A stretch of 64,000 bases of DNA from Felis catus (Eukaryota). The notes under the pieces are model-generated. The model was given only the letters and a program-made list of their open reading frames with translations. It ran no database searches and had not been told where the DNA came from. Positions 24,995-37,119 of this stretch are shown piece after piece. The translations under genes and the position numbers were made by a program. The stretch lies in the NCBI RefSeq assembly GCF_018350175.1, contig NC_058368.1, positions 196,914,001 to 196,978,000 on the forward strand. The letters run 5' to 3'. Positions within the stretch are counted from its first letter, which is position 1. Each line of letters starts with the position of its first letter.

Positions 24995-26037
24995 TTTTTT
25001 TTAATTTTTAATACTTTTTTTAATGTTTATTTTTGAGAGTGAGTATGAGCAGGGGAGGGACACAGAGAGGGGGGGGACAGGATCTGAAACAGGCTCTGCT
25101 GACAAGGGCTCGAGTTCACAAACCTGTGAGATCATGACCTAAGCCGAAGTTGGACACTTAACCGACTGAGCCACCCAGGCGCCCCCTGAAAGCTATAGTT
25201 TTGAGGAAAACAGTACTGAAATAATTTAAGGAAGAATTTTTGACCAAGTAAATGTTTCTTGAAGTAATGAATTCTCAGCCATTGCTAGTATTTAAGCAAA
25301 ACCGGGGAAATTTTGAAAATGTCATGAATTAAATTCATGCACTGGCTGAAGGTTAAATTGTTTTAAAGCCAGGGTGCCTGGGTAGCTCACATTAAGCATC
25401 CGACTTCAGCTCAGGTCATGAATGATCTCATGGTCTGGGAGTTTGAGCCCCTAAATGGGCTCTCTGCTATCAGCACAGAGCCCGCTTTGGATCCTTTGTC
25501 TCCCTCTCTGTTTGCCCCTCCACTCTGGTTCTCTCTTCTCTCAAAATACATAAACTTTGTTAAAAAAATATATATAATATATATATACACATATATATAT
25601 TATATATATTACATATTGTATATATATTATGTATGTGTAATATATATATAATATATATAAAGCCAGAACTTCTATTTTTTTGTCTTAACAAAATAAGAAA
25701 AATGATTTTAAAGAGTTTTAAGATGGGGGAATGATATCAGGAACAAGCCTTCAGGTAGTGGATAATATGGTTAAAGATGATAGGTAAATGTCAACGAATT
25801 TGTAATTTTAAGTATTTTTTTTAAGTTTATCTTTTTGAGAGAGAGAGAGCGTGTGTACACATGTAAGTAGAGGAGGGGTGGGGGTGGAGCGGGGAGAGGG
25901 AGAGAATCCGAAAGCAGGCTTCAGGCTGTCAGGGGAAAGCCCGACATGGGGCTCAGTCTCAACGGAACCGTAAGATAATGGTCTTGAGCCTAAATCAAGA
26001 GTTGGACACTCAACCGACTGAGCCACCCAGGCGCCCC
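24995..26037. mobile_element. Three Can-SINEs: minus 24995-25186, plus 25372-25565 (then AT-rich low complexity to ~25660), minus 25815-26037
   Basis: Recognisable heads and tails in alternating orientation. Confidence 0.88.
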
Positions 26038-27619
26038 AAGGAATTTATGATTTTAAATTTTGGTCAAGAAACAAGGGCAGGAAAATGATGGAAATGTTTC
26101 AGGTTAAACTCAGTGCTGTGGAAGAGAATATTTTTAAAATTTAGATTGGATGTTGAAGTAAAATGAGATGGTAAGAGTATAAAACCAAAGGATTAGAAAA
26201 TAGTGTTCAGTCTCTGTAATCAGCATCGACATTTCCAGTAAGGTTAACATAAAAACTGAGGGGCTCAACCAATATTAGCAAATTACATTGTTTTATTTGT
26301 GGTACGATAAGAATTTAAACACTGAAAGGTAAAAATCCTTCTATGTTTTAAGTAACATGAGTGAATCCTAGTAAAAGAGTTTATATGCTGTAGGTTCAGT
26401 AACACAGAGGTATTCATACAGAGAACATTTATTCGGGGCTGCTGCTTTACTTAGCACTGGAGGGTGCAAAGAAGAATAAGAACTCTAGTCCCTTTCTTCT
26501 AGGAGTGTGGAAGTTAGAGAAACAAAAAATACGATGTTCAAGATTTCTGTGATAGAAGTCTATATATGGGGTACACTGTTAACATAGAAAAAAAGTAGTT
26601 CAAGGAAGGGTGTCGCGAGAAAGCAATGGTTTAAGGAGGTAACTGCTAAGTCTTGCTGTGTATATGATACATTAATAAGACTTGAAGGTAAGTAGTTGGT
26701 GCCATTTATTATCTTTGCCGAGCCTTTTCCCAACAAGTTAATAATCCTGATTTAATGATGGGTATCACTTAGTTAGGACAAATAAGTACATTAAGTGGGC
26801 TGAATGTTTTGTTTTAGTTCCGTTAATAAAGTACAAGTTGCTGCTATAACTAAAAGTACTGTTTGGACATTGTATACAGCTACTTCCTTGAGTATAAATA
26901 GTTTAAGCTAGAGATTACAAATTTGGCTTCAAGAGACACTTGTCAAGGTTCACAATCTGTATGGTAATAAAAGCTCTAGGGAAAATGGGGACAAATAAAA
27001 AATAGAATCCTGACACATACTACTGAGAAGAGCAAGAACATATGGGTAGAAAGGTAATAGTCTTTGGATATTGAAAACATTTTCAGATGCTTCTAAGTAT
27101 CTTATAGACACTTAGACATATTTGATAATTGGAAAATTAAAACACAAAAGGGATTAAAAGTGATGCCATAAAGTTACAAGACAGTTTTTTTAAGTTAAAA
27201 TGTATTTACATAACAAACGTAAATAAAAAGATTGTTATGTGCAAAGAATTCTTAAAATCGACAAGACTAGGGCAAGCCAAAAAAATAATGGACAGAGTAT
27301 AGATTGATAGTTCATAAGATAGTAAATGAGACGACTTTTAAACCAAGTGTTAGGGAAGTAGAAGTGAGGTCAATACCTGCCATTGACAGAATTTAGAATT
27401 AAAGTTTGCCAGTGGGAAGAAGAATATTCTTAAGTACTGCTGGGAAATGAATTGTTAGAGCCTGTGTTGAAAGACATTCTGATGCCACCTATCAAAATGA
27501 TAGCTGCTTCAACCGATTCTCCCTACAATTAATTGTATGGGGTTTATAGTCCATAGGAATAAAAGCACCAGTAGATAAGAATTGATTGATTGGTTTAAAT
27601 CAATTGGTTTAATCAATTG

Positions 27620-27793
27620 GTTTGAGAGAGAGAATGAGCAGAGGAGGGGCAGGGAGAGACAGGGACAGAGGATCCAAAGCAGGCTCTGCATGCTGACAGC
27701 AGTGACCCCGATGCAGGGCTCCTACTCAAAAACCATGAGATCATGACCTTAGCTGAAGTCGGGTGCTTAACTGACGGAGGCACCCAGATGCCC
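27620..27793 (-). mobile_element. Can-SINE, apparently within a degraded old L1 segment
   Basis: SINE body clear; flanking L1-like sequence (~27150-27560) only weakly recognisable. Confidence 0.8.
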
Positions 27794-28708
27794 AGATAAG
27801 GATATATTTAAATATATTAATAGCATTATTGTTTACAGTGGGAAGATACTGGGAACAATGGAAATAATTTAAGTTGGGATGATCGGGGAGAACCTAATGC
27901 CAAAGATCTATACCATTCAACTTGGCAGAATGTCCAAGCAATTAAGAAGAGGTTGTTGGAATGACAGGCTTCCTATTCAGTTTTTGAATGTGATTTGAAT
28001 GTTATTACTGAAGTGTGGAGAAAAAACATGGGAGAGTTCAAAAAGCATCTAAGAAGTAAAACCCAGCATGTATATGTCCCCATGTGTTAGTTTATGTTGT
28101 ATATGCTACTGACTTCTGGGAATGTTTGGGTTGTTTAGTTAAAAACAAGCCAACAAGAATAAAATGAATAGGATGCTTCCATTCCAATTTAAAACAGTAG
28201 CAACTTCTATCTTTCAGTTGGTCAACACCTTCTGTTCCCAATTATATGTGTCTTGAGTTTATGAATGTATGTATGTAAGAGCACAGAAATGGATAATGCC
28301 AGGCTATTCTAACACAGGTTACCTCAGGTGGCATAGAATTGGGGTGGAAAGTTGATGATTTAGCTTTTCCTAACTGAAACAATTCTAAACTTACTATTTT
28401 TATAATTTAAAAATTGCAAACATCAGTTCTTTCTGTCAGGTTAGATGATTGTCATATTTATAATCATTAATACTAGAACATGCCAAAGAATGGGGCGGGT
28501 TTATGCTTAGATATTCATCAGTCTAGAGATAAATGGGGAGCCTGGTTGCCCTTTACATTTAATTTTGTCTAGCACTGTTTTTGTGAATTTAATACCTGGG
28601 ATCTTGAAAAATAATTGAGATACTGAAATAATTGAGAAATAATGTGTTGCTTTCTTTTTTCACAATTCAAATCACATGATTATCTCTCCCCCCCCTCCTT
28701 TTTTCCAG

Positions 28709-28807
28709 ATGATCAGTAGAATTGAATATGTGCATACAAAGAATTTTATACACAGAGACATTAAACCAGATAACTTCCTAATGGGTATTGGGCGTCACTG
28801 TAATAAG
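28709..28807 (+). CDS. CSNK1A1: CSNK1A1 coding exon 4 (99 nt)
   Basis: ttttccag|[33 protein letters not shown]|gttagt; HRDIKPDN catalytic loop. Confidence 0.98.
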
Positions 28808-31204
28808 GTTAGTCAAATGTTCTCTGCATGAAAGAGCAAAGAGTAAAAACTCCAAGAATTGCTTTGGTAAACTTTGAATCTTCAAAAAGTCATAGGAAAT
28901 TGTATTTGCTGTTGATGATTGCTTTAAAAGATTGTGCTAAAGGATAATCAGCTAACTCTTATTAACTTAGTAACTTGAAATAAATTTTCTTCCAACTTAC
29001 CCAACCCAGGTTAATTATCTGTATGGAAATATAAAATTCCCAAGGGCTTTCTAATGAAATGTAATCATCTGTTATTTAACTATTCAAAAGTTGTATCTAT
29101 TTTTCATTCGTTGAAATAGTAAAAAACCCCATATACATTTTTTCCTGAATGCTAAAATCAGATTTTAACCTTTGTCACTGAAGCGTGGGTTTTTGCAATA
29201 TATGTGCTTGTGCCAGCGTGGGGACCACTGACCCATCTGTCACCATGGCGTTAACATTTGCTGACTGAGCATGATCATAATGAGAATTCTTCAGTCCTTG
29301 GATTTGTGTATTCAAAAGGTTAACTTTTGGGCCTGCTTCAAAAGTAGTTGACAGTTTCTTACTTGGGTGCCAAGTTGGGTGGATTCTCTACCCCTTCTCC
29401 CCCTTTTAAAGGAAAATATAGTCAAGTGAAATGAATGTTCATACAACAAAATTAGTATTCATTGGGGTCTCAGAATGGTTGAACGTATGGGGTGATTGGG
29501 TTTGAGCTAGTGACGCATGATTGCAGTTAGAAACTAATTGTGTTGAAATTTTTCTGCAATGATTAGTTTTATTGAGTGAATTGCTTTATTTATCGATTCA
29601 ATGTTGAGCTCGGGCAGACAGGCAGCATTGGCAATGCACTAAGCATGTTATGATCTGATGATCTGATAGAAATTCTCAACTTCAGGACAACATGGGGCTT
29701 TTTGGTTTTTGTGGGGTTTTTTGTTTTGTTTTTGGAAGGAAGATTCCCATTTGTTTTATTAAGTCATTAGGAAGTGTTTGGTGTTTTTTAGGTCTGGCTA
29801 TAAATGTTTACCTTTGTTTGCCTGTATGAATGCCAACTTGTAGCCATTACCATTAGAACTGGTGTTATTTGCTAATGCGTGAGACATTGATGTTGGTCTG
29901 ACCAAGTTTTAGGAATTTAAATTTTTTTGTAAGCTAACCTTTAAATAATGAAAGGTGTGTATATCTACATATAACTTACCTTGCCATTCCCAAATTGCAT
30001 CTTTGTTTATTTTTAAATATTATGTAACTTCTCTCTCTGAAGCATCCAGGTTCTTAATTGTTATTGTAAAACCTGGTGGTTTAATTGAAAAAAATTTTAC
30101 TGGTCTTAATTTTTGGGGCATTTCTGTTAGTTTGACCCTGATCTTTGGCCATTTCCCAGCCCCCCCCCTCCCTATTTTCTTCCTGATAAAGACCCACTAT
30201 CCTCATGTGATCTGTGTTCTGCATGTTGACATTGCAGTACATGGTTTTTGTCTTAAAATTAAATGATGACCTAGATAATAACTCTTTGCTCCCTGCCCCC
30301 CTTTTAAAAATAGCTTTGTTAATTACATAGTTGTGTTAGGATGTCCAGTTTGCCCCATGATGAAAACCTTTTTAGGCTCTTGTGTCCTCTTTAGAGATAC
30401 TAAAAAATATTGTGGAGCTGCTTGCTGTTAATAGATTCAGAGAGTCCCTAGGGTAGAAGTGCAGTGTTTCACTTAACTAAGATTCAAATTCTAAATGTTG
30501 TTCTTGAACATTTTAGATTAGTGTTTTGTTTCTGTAGTTGGTTTTTAGTGTTTTCTTTCTGTATTGTAGTTTGAAAAACATGCCAGTTTTATGAGACTGG
30601 AGTCTTTGGTTAGTTTGTTCTAGTAGTTTTCTATTCGTGGGAACAAATGGGGGGCTTTTGAGGTTGATTTTTTTTTTTTAAGTCAAATTTCTTACTTGGA
30701 AAATTGTTCTGAATTTGATATTTAGGAGTGACCACTCCAATCTTAGTGAATTTATTCATCTCTTCCAGTAATCAGCCCTGCATGCTTATGAAAACCAATT
30801 TTGAGGTGACTAAATGCCTTCTACCTCTTCCTTACTGAAGATTTTTTTCCCCTGTACAATCTTTTTTGGGGGAAGGGCAGATTGTGGTACCAAATATTGC
30901 AGAGCCAAATTCCCCATTTTTGATGAAAATATTAAAGAGCCAAATGTCACCATTGCTATCCCTGATTCAGGCAGTGACACAATATAGTGGCATTAAAAAC
31001 TTGAGTATTTTCCAGAATTCAAATGTTCTCGAGCATGTGATTCTTATTTGGAAAACTGAGAAGCTACAGTGCTTGGTGGAAGAAGGATGGCATTTGGCTA
31101 CCCTGTTCTTTCTCTAATGCCTCGGTGTTGCCTGTCTGCGCCGGCCATTGTTGCAATGTAAGCAATACTGTTTGATGCACTGCCACCCTCTATTGTCTGT
31201 TTAG

Positions 31205-31288
31205 TGTTTAGAATCTCCAGTGGGGAAGAGGAAAAGAAGCATGACTGTTAGTACTTCTCAGGACCCATCTTTCTCAGGATTAAACCAG
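31205..31288 (+). CDS. CSNK1A1: CSNK1A1 alternative L-insert exon (84 nt, 28 aa, basic NLS)
   Basis: gtttag|CLESPVGKRKRSMTVSTSQDPSFSGLNQ|gtctga; symmetric phase-0 cassette matching the known CK1-alpha L insert; weak splice sites. Confidence 0.95.
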
Positions 31289-33975
31289 GTCTGAAACTGT
31301 CTCCTATTCCAACCTCAATCCCAAATTCATGTGCTTTTCTTTTTTATTGTTTTCTTTTGATTATTTTTGTTTTGTTTTAATTCTGGAGAATGTAGATCTT
31401 GCTCAAGCATCTCTTACGTTGGCATTATTCAGACATACTTGGCAAACATATAACATTACTAAGATGTTTTTTTGTGGCTTTTGCTTAAAGCTTGTAAAGT
31501 GTAGAGAAAACATAAATGAAAACAGGATTATGTTTAGATCTGTAACATCCACATGAGGAAATGATATGTTGGTCTAGTATTGAAATTCTTTATCTAATGG
31601 TAAACTTGAGCTAGACTTTAGTTTTTAAGAATGTATTTGGAGTTGCAGAACTTTTAATGCATGAAATATATCTAAATTCAGTTGCATCAGTGCTGTATGA
31701 TGAATATATTCTGCCTCAATTCTCTTCCCTTTCCCTAGTGAACTTCAGGTAAGTGTAGACCAGATTTCAGATCTAGTGTGTCTAGAATTGATTGTACCTC
31801 AATACGTGAATTATCCGACTTCAGCCAAACGGCATAAAATGCTCAAAGAGCATCATGTGCTCTGGAACTAGGAGACATTGCAGTCTAACAATGTAACAGT
31901 AACATAATTGAAGCCCTTAGCAAACAATTACCATTAATAACATGTAAGATCAATTAATGCATAACCTGATGATTTAGTGTTTGGCAGGCTAAGTAATAAA
32001 CACCCCAGTACTTTTCTTAAAAAAATTTTTTTATCTAAGTGGAAGTCTCCACTTCTTTTTTTCATAGAAGTTGGCCAACTTTGTTAAGCTCTTGAGCAAA
32101 GAAGTGAATGTTAATCATTCAATTTAGTATACACTGAGAAGGAAGTATTGTCATGAGTAATCAAAAAAGATAAGTTGAATTTGGTATAGTTTCAAAGTAT
32201 GTTCCATACTTTGTACCACATGCATCATCTGAGTAATCATTTAATCCTTTTCTGTACTGCCCAGCATTATTCCAGGGATCATCTTCTGCTGTTACTGGTT
32301 TCTGAAACTCAAACTTATTTTTATTCACGGAGAAATAGTAATTGTTGTGACTAGATCTGAGGTGGGGAGAGAGAGAGGATGGTGGGTAATTAGAGGCACT
32401 TTGTAAAGCATCTAGTTCCCCATTTTTGCTTATCCATTCATTCACACAACTTCTATTTTGTAACATAATCATTTAGTAACTTCCATAAAATGACATTGAA
32501 TCGATTATATTTTCTACATACAGGTTAGCTGGGTTGTGAGGAAAAGTGATCCTGTGAATGTTTTGAAAGGGCAAGGAAATGTGACCCTCGTTAGGTGAAA
32601 AATTGCCAGATTAAGCTAAAAACTAAAATTATCGATAGTGTTTCTAAAAACACCTCTGCTAAAATAAAATGCACCTCTGCTGAATGACGTTATCCCACTA
32701 TGCCCAACATTAATTCACTCCCACATGCCTTGGAAGAATAGACTGCATTCTGTAAAACAGGCACAAATTTTACTTAGAACACAAAATAAAAATTCACAGA
32801 AAAGCAGCTTGACCCACCAGAGAAATTAGACTTCTTTTGCATATGCAAATGTATAAAAATATATTATCTTATGACTTACTGAACATTGACTTTTCCTTGT
32901 TTGGTTCTCCCTTTACATATTTGCGGCTGTTTGGTTGTATCCTTGGAAACATGGTGTCATGTAAACACTTCCATTTTGTGTATATTCATTTTTAAATTCA
33001 AAGCAGAGAACTAAAGAAGTTGATAGGTACCAGAAGATCATGAACTACCAAGAGATTAAAAAAATTTTTTTATGTTAAGTAGCTTTCTTTTTCAGTTATT
33101 TGTTCTTATTTTCACCTTTGCTTAGCAGTAAAATTATTTTTCCTGACTTTCAGTTTTTATAAGAGGAGAAAATTTAAATTGTTTTATTTGCTTTGTAGTT
33201 TTTTGTTTTGATATTAAAGATTGAAATATTTGAGAAGACAGTGTGTTTATTTTTTGTTTTCTAAAACTACATTTCATCCTTTAGCATTGTGGAAAGAACA
33301 CTAGAGAACATTGAGTTTCATGGAACAATCTTTTAAAAAGTTGTGAGAAAATGTCTGGTCATTGAGTTGCAAATGGAGCAACTGAATGTAGACTTGGACA
33401 TGAAGGACATTATCAGATCTAATTTGTCAGAGTTATTCTTATTTTCTCCTCCATTTTGAAGTACTAAAAAGAAGCAATCCTAGGAAATGTCCTTTAGAGG
33501 AGAGTCTTTGTCTTAATTGCCTTTTGTTTAAAACTCACGTAATTCTTACGGGCATTAAAAAAAAATACTGTGGAGCTGGATGTCTTTTTGTGTTTGTTTT
33601 TGCCTTGTTTTCTTTTCAGTGTGAATCTGCAGAACTTAAGTCATGCTTTTTGGTTTGCTTAACAGAAATGTATTTTGCTTATTTTAATATTTGTGTACTG
33701 AACCCATTTTCATATCAACAGAAAAGTAGGAGTGTGAGCTTTATTTCTCTTTGTGTGTTCTAAGACTTTCTCTTGGTCGTATAATAATGCAATTGCCGAG
33801 GAAGTGAATTTAATCTTACCAGATAGGTCTCATTATCCAGTTAAATTTTACTAAAAATTTGCTCTTCATTCTTTCATAGTAGACCAGGGAAAATAGGTAT
33901 GTCCTTGTTACCTTGGTGACAATAAGCTCAAACCTCAATGTCTTTTCCCATCCAATGTATAAAAAAGGCCCGCCT

Positions 33976-34393
33976 TTTTTTTTTTTTAAGATTTTTCTTA
34001 AAGTAATGTCTACCCCCAACGTGGGGCTCGAACTCAAAACCCCAAGGTTACGAGTTGCATGCTCCACCGACTGAGCCAGCCAGGTGCCCTTCCATAGAAG
34101 TGTTTTTTACCCTGCTAAGAGAGGCACTTGATCAGATTTTTTTTTTCACCCAAATCAATCACTTTATTTTTTGTTTGTTTTTAATTTTTTTTAATGTTTA
34201 TTTATTTTTGAGAGAGAGACAGAGCATGAGTGGGAGAGGGGCAAAGAGAGAGGGAGACAGAATCTAATCTGAAGCAGGCTCCAGGCTCTGAGCTGTCAAC
34301 CCAGAGCCCAACGTGGGGCTCCAACTCACAAACCATGAGATCATGACCTGAGCTGAAGTGAGATGTTTAACCAACTGAGCCACGCAGGCCCCC
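33976..34393 (-). mobile_element. Short Can-SINE (33976-34090) and full Can-SINE (~34165-34393)
   Basis: Two reverse-complement heads with T tails. Confidence 0.88.
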
Positions 34394-35545
34394 CTCAACT
34401 ACTTTATTCGTACACACACCCTAAGAGGCTAGGTGATGGGTTTCTTAGGATATCATAGATTGTAAACTGGACAGAAGGGACCCAAAGTCTGCCTAATGGA
34501 AAGAAAAACTAGAAAACGTAGGCACAACTAGGGAAAAAAAGGTCTAGGGCTAGGTACTAAAAGGGCACCTAGACCTGCCTGTTGGATAATCTTTGTAGAC
34601 ATAACTTTAATAAGAGAATTTATGATAAAGACTAAAATTCGAAATAAAGATTATTTATTTTGCTTTAGAAGGTACATAGATAAAAACTGGATTTTTTTTT
34701 CTTTTTTGTCAAAAATAGGGGGTTTTTTTCCTTCAAAATTTAGCTACATTATAAACATATCTTACTCCCATGTGTCCCATATAAACATGATAGCACTAAA
34801 CATTATTTTGTTCTAAAATACTAGTCTTGTTTTTAGTTAGCTCCTTTAAACTGCTAATTGTAAGTTATCTTGGTGTAAATAGATACTAAGTGCTTTTTTT
34901 AAGATTTTAGATCCATATTTATATTTCCCAGAAGTTTAACCTGATGAATGGATAAATATCAGTGGGAAGCAGTAGAATGTAATGCATGCTTGTTTTAAAA
35001 ATGCTTATTTTTTTTTTTGTTAATAAAAATCTTGGTTTTGTTGTCAATATCAAACTTTTCCAAGTTGTCTTATTTTAGATAATGAACATTCTGTTGCTAT
35101 ACTGAAGGAAGAATAGCCTTTGCAAAATGGAAGAATTCCAGATAGCTTACGTTCAGTTTTTGAAACCTCATGCTTGTTTACCAACAGTAACAGGATGTCA
35201 GGTTTCATTATGGCACACAGCACGCTTTTCAACTCTGCTATGAAGCATGTATATATTTCTTCACTACTTTTCTAAAGACAGGCTCCCGAGTGTGTAATAA
35301 ACTGGGCCTGTGAAGTTGGTTCAGCTGACAAGGATCAACCATTTAACTGTATTTGCTTTAACTTGATTTATTGATGAGAACTAGTAAAAACTTACCGGAA
35401 TGTTAAGTTTGTTCATTATCTGTTTCGCTTACGATACTTTATTTTGATACAATTGAACAAGATAGAATAGATGCTGTTGAATGAGTAAGCAGCAGTTCAA
35501 CTGAGCAAGGTTGGAAACCTAATATCCCTTTATTTTCTTTTAAAG

Positions 35546-35685
35546 TTATTCCTTATTGATTTTGGTTTGGCCAAAAAGTACAGAGACAACAGGACAAGGC
35601 AACACATACCATACAGAGAAGATAAAAATCTCACTGGCACCGCCCGATATGCTAGCATCAATGCACATCTCGGTATTGAGCAGAG
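35546..35685 (+). CDS. CSNK1A1: CSNK1A1 coding exon 6 (140 nt)
   Basis: ttttaaag|[47 protein letters not shown]|gtaagt; DFG motif and the CK1-typical SIN motif. Confidence 0.98.
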
Positions 35686-36419
35686 GTAAGTTTGAAAAAT
35701 GAATGTGTTTCTCAGATCCATAGCAAAAGCCACTAATGGGTTTTAGAAATATTTTAACTAGTTTCTTATGATGCCTAAAGATGTCTCTTGGCTGAAGATT
35801 TGAAGGACGCTTATTAATTCTTTTACCTGTTGAGCTTTAGTCAGTGCTGTGATGCCAGTTAAACGAGATACCTTTTGTTTCTTTGTTGAAGGTTGTCTCT
35901 TGGGGAGAAAATACTCCGTGATGGAAAATTAGAAGCATAAATGTAATTTATCTTGATGTTTGTTTACTTGCAACTGAAGACAGTAGTACTTATTTTCTTC
36001 ACGCTGATCTTGAATTTTTATATTTTAGTGATGCAAGTTGAGTTTGGAAAATAATGTTTTAGTTATTTAGTTTTACAAGGAAAATGTTACCTGAGTCCTA
36101 ATGAACTAAGAGGGGGTTGGTGGGCCATCTCATGTTCTGCTTTTCACTCCTACATAAATTAATAGGATCTGATCTGAAGTAAACATTGTCATGATCTCGG
36201 TGCTTTTTCTATTTCTTCTACTATTTTTTTCTGGTCTTTCATCTTCCCTTCCTCTTTTATCGATCAATTTTTATTCCTTAAAACAAGCATAGAAATGATA
36301 AATGATATGCTTCTAGGTTCGGGAACCTCAAGAGAAGGATCTTAAGCTTAGGAAATGTTCAGTGTGTATGTGTATATATATATTCACATGCATCATTAAT
36401 TGGCTTTAAAATGTTAATT

Positions 36420-36574
36420 GGGGAGCTTGGGTGGCTCAGTCAGTTAAGCATCTGACTCTTGATTTTGGCCCCGGTCATGATCTCATGGTTCATAAGTTTG
36501 AGCCCCATCACCATGCTGTTGGTGTGCAAGGAACCTGTTTGAGATTCCCTCTCTCTTTGCCCCTACTCTGCTGT

Positions 36575-36637
<63 letters not shown>

Positions 36638-36663
36638 CTCAAAAATAAACAAACTTAAAAAAA
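36420..36663 (+). mobile_element. Can-SINE with (CT)n(GT)n microsatellite
   Basis: Head gggtggctcagtcagttaagc; long TC then TG tract; AATAAA. Confidence 0.9.
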
Positions 36664-37040
36664 TGAAATGCTAATTTATTTCAGCATCCCTCAAGTTAGT
36701 TTTTAGGAGCTTCTGCAAAACTTAAAAGTGTCCTGCTACTTTGTACTTTGTTCTATCTTCTTCATTAACCTCATTTAGAAAGTTGTCTCGCTAAATTCTT
36801 TTTGCTCTTTAGAAATTAAATTGCAGGACTGTGTTGGATTTTATAATTTTGTATTCTGTGAGAAAATTTTGTTTAGAAGTAACTCGTTACGAACTTTCTT
36901 ATTACTTTAAGTACCTTCTTTCACAAGCCACCAAATTGCTCTTTCTCTTCGCTTGGGAAAACTTCTTGTGTACCTGGCTTTTTTTTTCCAGATGCTTTCC
37001 ATAATAATTCCAGCTCGTAAATTTACATTTTCTTTTCTAG

Positions 37041-37119
37041 TCGCCGAGATGACATGGAATCATTAGGATATGTTTTGATGTATTTTAATAGAACCAGCCT
37101 GCCCTGGCAAGGACTAAAG
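37041..37119 (+). CDS. CSNK1A1: CSNK1A1 coding exon 7 (79 nt)
   Basis: ttttctag|(S)[26 protein letters not shown]|gtaaac. Confidence 0.98.

Noticed and set aside
27580..27623. Repeated AATCAATTGGTTT units
   Set aside because: Degenerate expansion of a SINE tail.
29691..30359. 8-bp complementarity CATGGGGC / GCCCCATG inside the bridge loop
   Set aside because: Compatible with the nested structure but too short to distinguish from chance.
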